Shown here piece after piece: positions 21,035 to 31,050 of a stretch of 64,000 nucleotides of DNA. How positions within the stretch are numbered: the first letter of the stretch is position 1; every line of letters begins with the position of its first letter. The stretch comes from a bacterium (GTDB taxonomy: Bacteria > Zhuqueibacterota > Zhuqueibacteria > Residuimicrobiales > Krinioviventaceae), in assembly GCA_963675755.2 (NCBI GenBank), contig CAXXMD010000002.1, forward strand, positions 2,176,001 to 2,240,000, given 5' to 3'. A program made the position numbers and the translations under genes. Under the pieces are notes generated by a model, which did not search any database, was not told the DNA's origin, and saw nothing but the letters and a program-made list of their open reading frames with translations.

Positions 21035-22126
21035 ATGTCAACCATAAAACGAGTAGGCGTTCTAACAGGCGGTGGTGACTGTCCCGGACTCAATGCAGTC
21101 ATCCGTGCGGTAGCCAAAGCATTGATAACAAAATATGACATAGAGGTTATTGGTATTGAAGATGGATTTGAAGGCCTGGTACACAATCGTATGCGTAACC
21201 TGACTTATGATGCAGTATCCGGTATATTACAAAGCGGCGGCACAATCCTGGGCACATCAAACAAGGCCAATCCCTTTAGCTACCCTGTTGAAGAAAATGG
21301 CAAGTCCGTGCTCAAAGACCTGAGCGACCAATCAATTGAAAATGCTAAAGCAGCCGGCATGGATGCTCTTGTCTGCATTGGCGGTGACGGCACCATGACC
21401 ATCGCAAGCCAGCTGATAGATAAAGGGCTACCCCTGATTGGTGTACCTAAAACCATCGACAATGATCTGTATGGTACTGATGTTACATTTGGATATGATA
21501 CAGCCGTATCCATTGCTGCGGAAGCAATTGACCGCATCCATACAACCGCACAGTCCCATCACCGTGTGATGCTGGTAGAGATCATGGGCCGCTATGCAGG
21601 ATGGCTCACCCTTGGCGCCGGTATTGCCGGCGGCGCAGACGTAATCATCATCCCCGAGATCGAATACAATCTGGATGCAATATGCGATGTTGTTGTCAAA
21701 CGCAGTAAAAAAGGCCGCCGGTTCAGCATTATAGCAGTGGCAGAAGGTGCAAAACCGCAAGGCGGCGAACTGACTGTCAGCCGAGTGGTTAAGGACAGTC
21801 CCGAAGCACTCAGACTTGGCGGTATTTCCGTAAAACTGGGCAATGACATTGAAGATCAAACCGGACTTGTAACCCGTGCAACCATTCTGGGCCATTTGCA
21901 GCGTGGCGGTACACCCACCGCATATGACCGTATTCTTTCTTCACGTTACGGCGTCGGCGCCGCGGACCTCATCGGTTCCGGTAACCTGAACCGCATGGTA
22001 GCCCTGCAAGGCAACGAGATCACCTCTGTGCCCATTACAGATATTGGCGGCAAAACCCGCAAAGTAGAAATGGATGATGAATTAATAGAGGTAGCCAAAA
22101 AAGTCGGCACCAATATGGGGATTTAG
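21035..22126 (+). CDS. pfkA: 6-phosphofructokinase (group III type)
   Basis: TGGGDCPGLNAVIRA, GGDGT, PKTIDND, EIMGR, LGHLQRGG; AAGGA RBS before ATG 21035. Confidence 0.93.
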   Translation: MSTIKRVGVLTGGGDCPGLNAVIRAVAKALITKYDIEVIGIEDGFEGLVHNRMRNLTYDAVSGILQSGGTILGTSNKANPFSYPVEENGKSVLKDLSDQSIENAKAAGMDALVCIGGDGTMTIASQLIDKGLPLIGVPKTIDNDLYGTDVTFGYDTAVSIAAEAIDRIHTTAQSHHRVMLVEIMGRYAGWLTLGAGIAGGADVIIIPEIEYNLDAICDVVVKRSKKGRRFSIIAVAEGAKPQGGELTVSRVVKDSPEALRLGGISVKLGNDIEDQTGLVTRATILGHLQRGGTPTAYDRILSSRYGVGAADLIGSGNLNRMVALQGNEITSVPITDIGGKTRKVEMDDELIEVAKKVGTNMGI

Positions 22127-22188
22127 ACCCGGATCCTGAGTTTCTACCACATGTGGAGTATCAAAAAACATTTCCATAATATCTATAT

Positions 22189-22217
22189 GTAGAGAACGGT
22201 CTGAGACCGTTCCCTAC
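22189..22217. repeat. GTAG-type REP palindrome
   Basis: gtagagaacggtctgagaccgttccctac, near-perfect inverted repeat. Confidence 0.7.
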
Positions 22218-22249
22218 ACGAATTATACATCGTGCATCCGCCAATTTCA

Positions 22250-22278
22250 CTCCCGCCCAAATTGAATTTGGGTGGGAG
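22250..22278. repeat. Long hairpin downstream of pfkA
   Basis: ctcccgcccaaatt-g-aatttgggtgggag. Confidence 0.55.
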
Positions 22279-22359
22279 ATTCTGTGAATCAATATTATAA
22301 CCACTCGCTATACTTGATGCAACCGCCAGTGGGCAGTCTATACTGCGTCCCAAACTCCG

Positions 22360-22506
22360 TAGCCTGTGTGAAAACTAAAAAATTATACTTTTTGGAGTGC
22401 AGCGCCTTTATGCGATGCGTCAGGTCGGAGGTCCGATTTAGATTAGACTTTATTGTCCAATTATTTATACCAAAGTAACATGATAAGTTCAATATTAGTA
22501 TATAAA
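22360..22506. mobile_element. Truncated MITE copy (left part), related to 24544-24823
   Basis: Starts tagcctgtgtgaaaa right after cgtcccaaactccg; shares ttttggagtgca.cgcctttatgcgatgcgtc.gg.cg.aggtccgattta with the full copy. Confidence 0.6.
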
Positions 22507-22634
22507 TATACTGCGTCCCAAACTCCGGTTTGGGACGCCAATGATTACGCGAAACTCTGTTTCGCAATACTAACCTTTACCTGATATTGTAGACACACCG
22601 AAAAGTTCGTATATTACAACAATGGAGGTGTGTT

Positions 22635-22937
22635 ATGAATGAACGAAAACCAAGACGCTCATTTAGTACGGAATTTAAGGTCAAAACAGTTAAATTGATC
22701 ATCGATGGGCAAAGGCCATTAAAAGCAGTTGCCCGAGAACTTGGAATAAATCCTTCAACACTTCGCAATTGGAAAAGAGAGTACCTTCAAGATGAAGAAA
22801 ATGCTTTTCCAGGCAAAGGACATTTGAAGCCTGCTGATCAGGAACTACGTGATCTCAAAAAGAAACTCGTTGACCTCGAAGAGGAGAACGAAATCTTAAA
22901 AAAAGCAATCAGCATCTTCTCCAAACTGCCGAAATGA
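22635..22937 (+). CDS. IS3 transposase OrfA (HTH + leucine zipper)
   Basis: RRSFSTEFK...VARELGINPSTLRNW...EENEILKKA; A7G slippery site at 22898-22905. Confidence 0.92.
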   Translation: MNERKPRRSFSTEFKVKTVKLIIDGQRPLKAVARELGINPSTLRNWKREYLQDEENAFPGKGHLKPADQELRDLKKKLVDLEEENEILKKAISIFSKLPK

Positions 22938-23815
22938 AATGTGAATTCATTTTTCTGCACCGCTCCAGATTTCGGCTGCAGAAGATGTGTGAAGCTTTTA
23001 AAGTATCCCGGAGCGGATATTATGCCTGGCGAAGACGCGGATCCAGTCAGCGCGAACTTGAAAATGAAAAATTACTCAAACTCATTAAACAGGTTCATGA
23101 GCAAAGTCGATATATTTACGGCAGTCCGCGAATTACAGCCGAGCTTAAAGCAATGAATAACAATTGCAGCAAAAACCGTGTTGCTCGCTTGATGCGTGAG
23201 AATGATATACGTTCTAAAGTTAAGAAAAAATATAAGGCTACGACATATTCAAAACACCGGTTTCGTGTTGCCGCAAATTTGCTAAACCAAAACTTTCATG
23301 CTGAACGGCCGGATCAGATTTGGCTGTCAGACATTACATATATCAAAGTCCAGAAGCAGTGGATGTATCTTGTAGCCATTATGGATTTGTTTTCCAGACA
23401 GATCATTAGCTGGCACTTAAGTCGTGATCTATCTTTGGACTTTGTGTTAAAGTCACTAAAAGATGCTGTTGCCAAACGAAAACCCGAAAAAGGGTTGATC
23501 TTTCATTCCGATCGCGGCATCCAGTATGCAAGTATTGAAGTAAAAGCATTTTTGAAAGAACAGGGTATTGTTCAAAGTATGAGTCGCAAAGGTGACTGTT
23601 ATGATAATGCCGTTATGGAATCTTTTTTTGGTACATTCAAATCTGAGTTTTATTCTTTTGAACGATTTGAATCCTTTCAGGATGCTGAACAAAAAATCTT
23701 TGATTATATTGACATCTTTTATAATTATAAACGGCTTCATTCAAGTTTGGATTATTTGTCACCTATTAACTTTGAAAACCAATTTAATCAAAAACGAGCT
23801 TTTCTTTGTGTCTAA
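22934..23815 (+). CDS. IS3 transposase OrfB (rve DDE)
   Basis: WLSDITYI, HSDRGIQY, DNAVMESFF; ATGA overlap with orfA. Confidence 0.94.
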   Translation: MKCEFIFLHRSRFRLQKMCEAFKVSRSGYYAWRRRGSSQRELENEKLLKLIKQVHEQSRYIYGSPRITAELKAMNNNCSKNRVARLMRENDIRSKVKKKYKATTYSKHRFRVAANLLNQNFHAERPDQIWLSDITYIKVQKQWMYLVAIMDLFSRQIISWHLSRDLSLDFVLKSLKDAVAKRKPEKGLIFHSDRGIQYASIEVKAFLKEQGIVQSMSRKGDCYDNAVMESFFGTFKSEFYSFERFESFQDAEQKIFDYIDIFYNYKRLHSSLDYLSPINFENQFNQKRAFLCV

Positions 23816-23870
23816 TTTTTCGGGTAAAGCTCAATACTGCTCAAGCAATTTAAGTATTACACCTAAAATA

Positions 23871-23897
23871 AACCGCCCTCTTCGTTCGATAAACGCG
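23871..23897 (+). repeat. GxxExxY-associated repeat, degenerate head copy
   Basis: aaccgccctcttcgttcgataaacgcg. Confidence 0.65.
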
Positions 23898-23952
23898 GTC
23901 TATAGCGTTCTCAATTTTTTAAAATGAATTGCTTTAAAGCATATCACGTCAT

Positions 23953-24462
23953 CTACTTGTCCATAGCAACATTAAAAACCTTTTCAATCAATTCTCTTTC
24001 CCGTTTCTCAAATAATTCCGGGATATCTTTTGATACGACATTTTTTTGCTGAAAAATAATTTTTGATTTCCCCGATAAAGATGAATAGACTTTGATAAAT
24101 ATATCATAAATATCTTTGGTTGGCAGGTTATCATCAGCATATTTTATTTCCAGCCGGGACATGATAAATGTATTCGCTCCCAATACGGTTTCAATAGGGG
24201 AACAATATTTTCTGTTAAATATGTAATACGGCTTTACATCATTCTTCATCAACTTTGTCAAATCATATTTTAAATAATTATCCGGATAATTTTCTTTAAA
24301 ATATTGCTCAACTTTTGCAAGCAATAATGGCGTTCCACCCCGATGATCATATCCTTCAGCAACATCCTGGCTTAGGAAGACAATCTTTATCTGCAATGAA
24401 TCAATCTCTTGCGAAAAAGCATGTATCGTAAAGCAAAAAAACAATACACATATTCTATTCAT
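23953..24462 (-). CDS. Hypothetical exported protein
   Basis: AAAGGA RBS then MNRICVLFFCFTIHAFS signal peptide; AT-rich. Confidence 0.65.
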   Translation of the reverse strand: MNRICVLFFCFTIHAFSQEIDSLQIKIVFLSQDVAEGYDHRGGTPLLLAKVEQYFKENYPDNYLKYDLTKLMKNDVKPYYIFNRKYCSPIETVLGANTFIMSRLEIKYADDNLPTKDIYDIFIKVYSSLSGKSKIIFQQKNVVSKDIPELFEKRERELIEKVFNVAMDK

Positions 24463-24543
24463 TATCAAATATCCTTTTACTCCCGAGCTTTTTGTACTTG
24501 GTTTGGGGATTAAAAAAAGTTTTACACATCGTCCCAAACTCCG

Positions 24544-24823
24544 CAGGTTGTGTAAAAAACAAGAAAAATTGTTATGTTTTTGGAGTGCATCGCCTTTATG
24601 CGATGCGTCGGGCCGAAGGTCCGATTTAAACCCACCTGCTTTTCAAATATTATAGATTTATTATTGTGATGTAAGTTCAACATTATTATGCAAATATAGT
24701 TAAATAGAGGCCGTCTCCGACGGCCCGCATTACATAAAGGTAATGCACTCCACGTCTTTTTTAAATTTTGCTCATAAATGTAATTTTATTTGTTTAAAAT
24801 TTAATTCATTTTCACACAGTCTG
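24544..24823. mobile_element. 280-bp MITE with IS1182-like ends
   Basis: Ends caggttgtgtaaaaa / ttttcacacagtctg; TCCG duplicated on both sides; splits the palindrome cgtcccaaac...tttgggacg. Confidence 0.75.
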
Positions 24824-24879
24824 TCCGATTTGGGACGCAATTGATAACGCGAAACTCTTACCATATAATAAATATAGAG

Positions 24880-26085
24880 TTATTTTCCCCACTCTTCCGG
24901 TACCACCGCAATACACACATCAGGATTCCCAAACCTGTTCGAGCTAAACTCTACCATCGTTCCGTTCAAATCCCAACCCGCATGCGGATGCGCGCCCTTG
25001 CCATAAGTCCTGTGACCCGTTGCCAAAATCTTTCGCTCGGTGGTTTTGGCATTGAACAAGGTAACAATACCATGCCAATTATCAGCAACTACCCATTTGC
25101 CATCAGGACTGCCAGACGCGTGCCACCAGTTTTCCTGAGCAATCTCTGAGGGCGTGCCTCCTTCCCACCAGGCACCGGGACCGATCACCCGTATTTCTCC
25201 CGTTTTCAGATCCAACACTTTGACATGCCCGTCTTCACTCGAGCCATCGCTGTTAAAACTGCCGATAAATGTAATCTGATCATTCACCCACCAGCATTCA
25301 TGTGTGACGAGTTCACCGGGTACCTGCTCAAACGCTGGGACAGGTACATGTGTATTTATATTCAAAAACCACAACCGAACATGCGCCGGTTCGTTCTTGT
25401 CCATAGGTGCTCTGTCACTGCCATAATTCCGACAAAAGGACAATACATCCGGTCTCTGTTTGTGGAACTGTAAATGCCCGATGTTAAAATCCACTTGCCC
25501 CGCCAATGCAACCTCTCCCGTTGCCAAATTGTATGTAGAAATAAAAGCTTTACTCTCGTTACCATATGCAAAGGCCAAAAGGCTTGCATCACTGTTTTCA
25601 GATAGACCTGTCAACTGTTTATATTTTTGTGGATACTCGGTCAGTTTTTTCTCAGTTACCTTGACAGATGTTTTCCCAGTGGTCACAATATCCAGTTTCC
25701 ATTCGTAAATAACTTTATCTCTTACCACATAAAGACGGTCCCCTTTGATTGAAGCATAAGGTGTAGCCGATTTCAGTTCATGCATTGAATCTAATCGTAC
25801 CAGCTCACCCGTATCCAGCAGATACGCCATAATATCTTGAGAACCAAACCGGTCCGAGTTGAACAACATCATCTTGTTATTGTGTAAAAAACAACGATCG
25901 TGGAAATAAAGATTCACATCCGATGCAGGATTAGATGTCACAAAAATCGTTTTGGCACCACTTTTCGCATCAAGTTCTACCTTGTGCTCAGGGGGTAAAA
26001 TTTCACAATTCCAGCTCGATTGAGATAATAAAATGGTGGGAACAAACAGCAAAAGGATCAAACAGCTTTTCAATTTCGCGTCCAT
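24880..26085 (-). CDS. Oligogalacturonate lyase-like beta-propeller protein, exported
   Basis: NLYFH, HLQF, THECW, WH, HPH metal-binding motifs; signal peptide from ATG 26085. Confidence 0.7.
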   Translation of the reverse strand: MDAKLKSCLILLLFVPTILLSQSSWNCEILPPEHKVELDAKSGAKTIFVTSNPASDVNLYFHDRCFLHNNKMMLFNSDRFGSQDIMAYLLDTGELVRLDSMHELKSATPYASIKGDRLYVVRDKVIYEWKLDIVTTGKTSVKVTEKKLTEYPQKYKQLTGLSENSDASLLAFAYGNESKAFISTYNLATGEVALAGQVDFNIGHLQFHKQRPDVLSFCRNYGSDRAPMDKNEPAHVRLWFLNINTHVPVPAFEQVPGELVTHECWWVNDQITFIGSFNSDGSSEDGHVKVLDLKTGEIRVIGPGAWWEGGTPSEIAQENWWHASGSPDGKWVVADNWHGIVTLFNAKTTERKILATGHRTYGKGAHPHAGWDLNGTMVEFSSNRFGNPDVCIAVVPEEWGK

Positions 26086-26257
26086 AACAGTCCTTTCGTT
26101 TTGCAAATAGTTTTAATGAGGATTTAACGCACTGCCAACATCAGCCATATTTAACGATAAGGAAAAATTTTCAGAATGCAAAGAAAATAAAAAAACAGAA
26201 AATAGTTTTCCCTATGAATTAATATGATTTATCTGCGTGGGTGAGATGCATTATATT

Positions 26258-26298
26258 AACCGCCCGCTTCGCTCGATAAACACAGATGAACGCTGATT
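26258..26298 (+). repeat. GxxExxY-associated repeat, head copy
   Basis: aaccgcccgcttcgctcgataaacacagatgaacgctgat. Confidence 0.8.
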
Positions 26299-26302
26299 TT
26301 CC

Positions 26303-26671
26303 TCAAAACCCGTTAACCATTCTCTTGATCTCAACTTTTGGATTACCAAAGTTGATGATCAAACCCACTTTGATGTTACAAGCCCTAAGATAATTCATCA
26401 ATTGAGCCTGATGTATATTGGAAATTTCTTTAACTGCTTTTAATTCTAATATTATTTTATTTTCAACAAACAAATCTGCAAAATATTCTCCAACAACTTG
26501 ATCACAATAAAAAACATTAATAGGTTTCTGCTGTTCAACCAATAAATTCTGCTTTTCCAATTCTATTCGGAAAGCATTCTCATAAACCTTTTCAAGGAAT
26601 CCCACTCCTAAAGTATTAGAAACCTGAAATGCAGCTGCAATTATGATTTCTGTAATATCATTTGTATACAT
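26303..26671 (-). CDS. GxxExxY protein (PD-(D/E)XK-like), copy 1
   Basis: LGVGFLEKVYE, ADLFVENKIILELKA, AQLMNYL, GLIINFG. Confidence 0.92.
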   Translation of the reverse strand: MYTNDITEIIIAAAFQVSNTLGVGFLEKVYENAFRIELEKQNLLVEQQKPINVFYCDQVVGEYFADLFVENKIILELKAVKEISNIHQAQLMNYLRACNIKVGLIINFGNPKVEIKRMVNGF

Positions 26672-26698
26672 TATACTCCCCTTGAGATATTTATGTTT

Positions 26699-26750
26699 TT
26701 ATCTGTGTTTATCTGCGCGTGTCCGACTATTGGCGGATTCATCTGTGGTT
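26699..26750 (-). repeat. GxxExxY-associated repeat, inverted tail copy with internal hairpin
   Basis: ttatctgtgtttatctgcgcgt[gtccgactattggcggat]tcatctgtggtt. Confidence 0.8.
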
Positions 26751-26852
26751 AATTATTTAACCACTCACTCTGCTAGAGTTACTCAAACCCCAATTCCTAC
26801 TGTCTTAAAACGAAAAGCAATTCGTTCGTCCGCCACAAGCAAACACTATCGT

Positions 26853-28811
26853 TTAATCCAGCTCTCCCCAGTCCTCCAGGCGCCGCAATGTCTCCAGCCT
26901 GAATGCACCGGGCCATGCCACCAGCCAGTCATTCATCATACCGGGAAGCTCTTTGCCGTTCCAGCTCCAGTGGCTTTGCAAAAACGCTTCATTTTGTGAC
27001 CCAATTGGCCTAATTTTACCCTTAATCTCCATGGTCCCGTTCGAAATCATTTGTGTACCATTGTACCAGATTGCAAGTGCCTTTTCACGCCAGATATCAT
27101 CACCTGTTCTTTCAGCAAGATCAAGCCAGTCTTTGACCCAAAACAACGCATAAGGATCTAAATGATGGTGCTGCGTTGAAACACTTGTAGCGCCAAAGGT
27201 ATCGTAACCATATGTAACAAAATCACTTTCCGGAGAATATTGATCGGAATAGTGCCACATCCATGTGGAAAGATACCAGGATATCTGCTCAGCAGCATCA
27301 AGATATTTTTTATCTTTTGTTAGATCATAAAAAAGGATTGCAGATCGAAGCAGCGTCATGGACGATTCTTTATCAATACACCAGGTATCCAGCGCACCCG
27401 CAGTGGTGTATCCGTTCTTCTGCAGTTCTCCGAAATAAAAAGCAAAAGCGGCAGTTGCCGAAGAGAGAAACCGCTTGTCACTGGTAAGTTCATATGCCTT
27501 GACCATAGGAGCAATCAAAAACGCACCAATCGTCCCTACCCTGTATAGACATTCACCCTCTGGCGTCCAACCTTTTCCATAGCATCCGTTTTCCAGTTGA
27601 TCATTGACCATAAATTTACAGATATTCAAAGCAATTTCACGGTACTCCGGACGTTCAAATCCGCATTCAGCAGCCAGATCATGAGCTTCAAAATAATTGA
27701 GAGCAGCTGTACCCAAATTACAGGCATCCAATCGCTCTTCATTTTTGGTAATTCCCAGTATATAATCAAAATGAGTTTTAAAAAGACCGTTGGGCAATGG
27801 ACAATATTTTGCCCAGGTATCAAGACAGGTAATCGCTTTATCTTTCGACTCTTCATCACCGGTTTTCAAATAATTCACAAGCAGTGAATTTGACAGAGAT
27901 GCATTCTGTCCGCACCAGCCGATTTCATATTTCCATCCGGGTCTCTGTATCCATTTGTCATTTCTCCAAACAAGGCCAATGCTGAAACCTTGATACACGC
28001 CTTCCTCAGCCCAGAGATATTGTTTGGCATATTGAACACCATACTCCCAAACTTTATCGGGATCAAGTTTTGCATCGCGTTTTTTATCCGCAATCTCCCA
28101 GGCCTCACGCATAAAACCGGAAATACTTTTATGGTTTGGCTTGACTTTTTCAGCAACCAGAATCGCTTCTACCGTAAATGATTCACCGGGCTCTAAATGC
28201 AGATTGTCTCTATAACCGTCACCATATCCGTCCCGTTTAATATAGCTAACGGGTTGTTCTTCTTCAGGCCAGATCAATCGATGTGTGGTTCTGTGTTTTT
28301 CCGGCATCAATGAACAGGAAAAATGGCTACCCTTTTCCAATACACCCCATAGTGCAACTGCATAAGCATCACTCTCGGAATAGGTCGCACCCGGAATTGA
28401 AGTAGAGCGGCTTGAAAAGCTCCAAAAAGCACCCTCATGCTCAAAACCCTTGGGCTCCTTTCCCTTTCCCCATGTATTGCCGTTATAACTCACAGCCGGG
28501 ATCATATTATAGCTGGTAGGTAATTGATGAACAACATCCAGAGTCAATCGTACTGAATCCAAAGCCGTTTCACCCGTATTGGAAAATGTCCGGGTGATTT
28601 TGAAAACACCTGACTTGAGTGCTTCAATCCGGTCCGATGCAGTGATATTCTCATAATAAAAAGGGACCAGTAAACCCACGGTTTTGCCGGACTCGTACAG
28701 TGTCCAGCCATCCGGAGTTTGGTCCCACTTGTAAATATTGCCAGAATGCTGGCAGGCAATGAATGACAAACATATGATTAAAACAACAATGGCGAGCGGA
28801 TTGTTTTTCAT
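26853..28811 (-). CDS. Lipoprotein with alpha/alpha-toroid (six-hairpin glycosidase-like) domain
   Basis: Lipobox FIAC; helical repeats such as YELTSDKRFLSSA and DLTKDKKYLDAA. Confidence 0.65.
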   Translation of the reverse strand: MKNNPLAIVVLIICLSFIACQHSGNIYKWDQTPDGWTLYESGKTVGLLVPFYYENITASDRIEALKSGVFKITRTFSNTGETALDSVRLTLDVVHQLPTSYNMIPAVSYNGNTWGKGKEPKGFEHEGAFWSFSSRSTSIPGATYSESDAYAVALWGVLEKGSHFSCSLMPEKHRTTHRLIWPEEEQPVSYIKRDGYGDGYRDNLHLEPGESFTVEAILVAEKVKPNHKSISGFMREAWEIADKKRDAKLDPDKVWEYGVQYAKQYLWAEEGVYQGFSIGLVWRNDKWIQRPGWKYEIGWCGQNASLSNSLLVNYLKTGDEESKDKAITCLDTWAKYCPLPNGLFKTHFDYILGITKNEERLDACNLGTAALNYFEAHDLAAECGFERPEYREIALNICKFMVNDQLENGCYGKGWTPEGECLYRVGTIGAFLIAPMVKAYELTSDKRFLSSATAAFAFYFGELQKNGYTTAGALDTWCIDKESSMTLLRSAILFYDLTKDKKYLDAAEQISWYLSTWMWHYSDQYSPESDFVTYGYDTFGATSVSTQHHHLDPYALFWVKDWLDLAERTGDDIWREKALAIWYNGTQMISNGTMEIKGKIRPIGSQNEAFLQSHWSWNGKELPGMMNDWLVAWPGAFRLETLRRLEDWGELD

Positions 28812-28913
28812 GGTTAATTGTTTCCTTAAAGACTGATCAGAGTATAATTGGAATTAAAATATACACATCGATCCTGAACAATTCAATAACAATAGCTCAA
28901 CACACTGTCAATT

Positions 28914-30287
28914 TTAATTTTTCCAGTTCTTTAACACATCAATTCCTTTTTCCAAAACAGGATCTTTACCATCAAAAACATCCTGACGAGTCTTTTGCAC
29001 AACAATATCAGGTTCAATCCCTTTGCCTACCCACTCTTTGCCGTCAGGATACAAGGTTTTCAAGGTAACAACTCTGAAATTGCCGCCACCGGGAAGCTGT
29101 ACACGATGCGGATTCCCGGTACTGCCGGCAGTTATTTCTCCCACAAGTACGGCCCGTTCTGTATAATCCAGAGGAATCAAAAAATCTTCAGCGGTACTGT
29201 AGGTTGAATGTCCTGTCAGAACCACCAACGGTCCGGAATACCGTTTGCCATCACGTGGCTGAATATATTCACTTCCCAAAAATCCGGTTTCCCATTCCGG
29301 TTCATTACCCCATGCAAGCAATGCGGGTACATACCTGGGCGACTTCCATATCATCGATTGTACAGGCTCATCAATGAATGCACCCAAAATGGGCCAGGCA
29401 TTTTGATCATTTCCACCCGGATTAAATCGAATATCCAGAACAATTCCCTTTACTGATGAGAGGTCCAATTCATCAAACAATTTCATAAATCCGGAAACCG
29501 TATTGTCACTGTCAAAATTGGCAATCTTAATATAGATCAATCCATCATTTAAAGCCTTCATCTCCACAGGAGGGTTGGCCATATACCATTCAAATAAACG
29601 TGTAAAATAAGGGGCCCCTGTTGAAGAGACTGAATTCCTCAACAAATCAATTGAACGGATTGTCCCATCCATATCTTTAACTTTTACCCACACTTGAGAA
29701 TCTTTGGGTCCACGCAATAGTTTATAGATATTGATGGCTTTATCCGCATGATCTGATCCTCTGGACTCGTATTTAACAACATGTGATTGATAATACGCTT
29801 CAACTGGCTGCCCATCAACCTCAACAATCTCCAATCCGGGATAAATATTATTTTGTTTTATATCCTCAGTTTCTTTAACGCGAGCGACAATATATTGATC
29901 ACCCAGAACCTGAACTTCCAAAGTCGGCCAGTCAAAAGCAGGATTAAAGGGCCCACCCGGTTTATTGACAGCAGTGTGCCCGTCTTTTAACAACGCAGCA
30001 AATTCGCACAGCACATCATAATATGCATCCATATCTTGAGCGGCTAAGGCTTTGGGAAGATATTCTTTATATTTTGCATCCCAATCCAAATCGGGACGTT
30101 GATCAAAAAAGGGGAAATTGTATTTTGCTTCGGCCCATACTATGGACAAGCCTGCGGCCTTTTGCTCAACGGTACCGGTCCAGGGTTCTGCAGATTGAGC
30201 AGCAACAAATTGAAATGTGATAAAAACGAGTAAACAGATAAAAAGGGAAATACCTGAGGGAAATCGAGAGTCATTCATACAAACCAT
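28914..30287 (-). CDS. Peptidase S41 family
   Basis: LKDGHT, LDIRFNPGG, TYSTAEDF, VGEITAG, GKGIEPD. Confidence 0.88.
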   Translation of the reverse strand: MVCMNDSRFPSGISLFICLLVFITFQFVAAQSAEPWTGTVEQKAAGLSIVWAEAKYNFPFFDQRPDLDWDAKYKEYLPKALAAQDMDAYYDVLCEFAALLKDGHTAVNKPGGPFNPAFDWPTLEVQVLGDQYIVARVKETEDIKQNNIYPGLEIVEVDGQPVEAYYQSHVVKYESRGSDHADKAINIYKLLRGPKDSQVWVKVKDMDGTIRSIDLLRNSVSSTGAPYFTRLFEWYMANPPVEMKALNDGLIYIKIANFDSDNTVSGFMKLFDELDLSSVKGIVLDIRFNPGGNDQNAWPILGAFIDEPVQSMIWKSPRYVPALLAWGNEPEWETGFLGSEYIQPRDGKRYSGPLVVLTGHSTYSTAEDFLIPLDYTERAVLVGEITAGSTGNPHRVQLPGGGNFRVVTLKTLYPDGKEWVGKGIEPDIVVQKTRQDVFDGKDPVLEKGIDVLKNWKN

Positions 30288-30516
30288 GCCTTTCTGTAAA
30301 TTTTACAACATCAAAAAGCACCAATCCTGTTAAAAGCTTTAAGTATTGATGCAAAGGTTTTACAACAAACCGGATGTTTTTTATTACGGAAAAGGTCCCT
30401 CAGGGTTTCATAGGTGAAAATTTTTATGATGCAGAAAAAGTATGTATAGATGGGATGACAGCAAAGCAATTTTCAGTCATCTTATTCCCCATTTTTTTCT
30501 CAAGTTAATTTAATTT

Positions 30517-30566
30517 AACCGCCCGCTTTACTCGATAAATCCAATTGTACAGATAAGCTCAGATAA
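30517..30566 (+). repeat. GxxExxY-associated repeat, head copy
   Basis: aaccgcccgctttactcgataaat...acagataagctcagataa. Confidence 0.75.
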
Positions 30567-30587
30567 AGTCATATTGAAACGTTTTTT

Positions 30588-30959
30588 TCAGAATCCATTA
30601 ACCATTCGCTTGATCTCAACCTTTGGATTACCAAAGTTAATTATCAAACCCACTTGAATATTACAAGCCCTGAGATAATTCATTAATTGAGCATGATGGA
30701 TATGTATAATTTCTTTAACAGCCTTTAATTCTATTATTATCTTATTTTCTATAAATAAATCCGCAAAATATTCCCCTACAGGTTCAGAACCATAGAACAC
30801 TGTAATGGTTTTCTGCTGTTCAACCTTGAAGCCTTGCTTTTCCAATTCTATTCGCAAAGCATTTTCATAGACTTTTTCCAGAAAACCCGTTCCCAAAGTA
30901 TTAGAAACCTGATATGCAGCCGCAATAATTTTCTCTGTAATCTCGTTTGTTTTCACCAA
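30588..30959 (-). CDS. GxxExxY protein, copy 2
   Basis: LGTGFLEKVYE; about 21 differences in 122 aa from copy 1 by manual alignment. Confidence 0.92.
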   Translation of the reverse strand: MVKTNEITEKIIAAAYQVSNTLGTGFLEKVYENALRIELEKQGFKVEQQKTITVFYGSEPVGEYFADLFIENKIIIELKAVKEIIHIHHAQLMNYLRACNIQVGLIINFGNPKVEIKRMVNGF

Positions 30960-31010
30960 ACACCCCCATGCTTCGTTTTCAAACTATCTACAACTAACTT
31001 TTATAAATAT

Positions 31011-31050
31011 AACCGCCCGCTTCGCTCGATAAACACAGATAAACGCAGAT
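31011..31050 (+). repeat. GxxExxY-associated repeat, head copy
   Basis: aaccgcccgcttcgctcgataaacacagataaacgcagat. Confidence 0.85.

Larger units (their letters stand above)
22571..23833 (+). mobile_element. IS3-family insertion sequence, apparently intact
   Basis: Left IR taacctttacctgatattgtagacac vs reverse complement of right end tgagctttacccgaaaaattagacac; 4-bp direct repeat ATAC at 22567-70 and 23834-37; orfA/orfB. Confidence 0.93.

Noticed and set aside
22272-22567. Short ORFs containing repeated TEFGTQY / CVPNS strings
   Set aside because: They are translations of the DNA repeat and MITE, not credible proteins
22339-24857. Composite transposon bounded by the two MITE copies
   Set aside because: Each copy sits in its own palindrome, the first is truncated, and IS3 has its own target duplication; independent insertions explain the pattern
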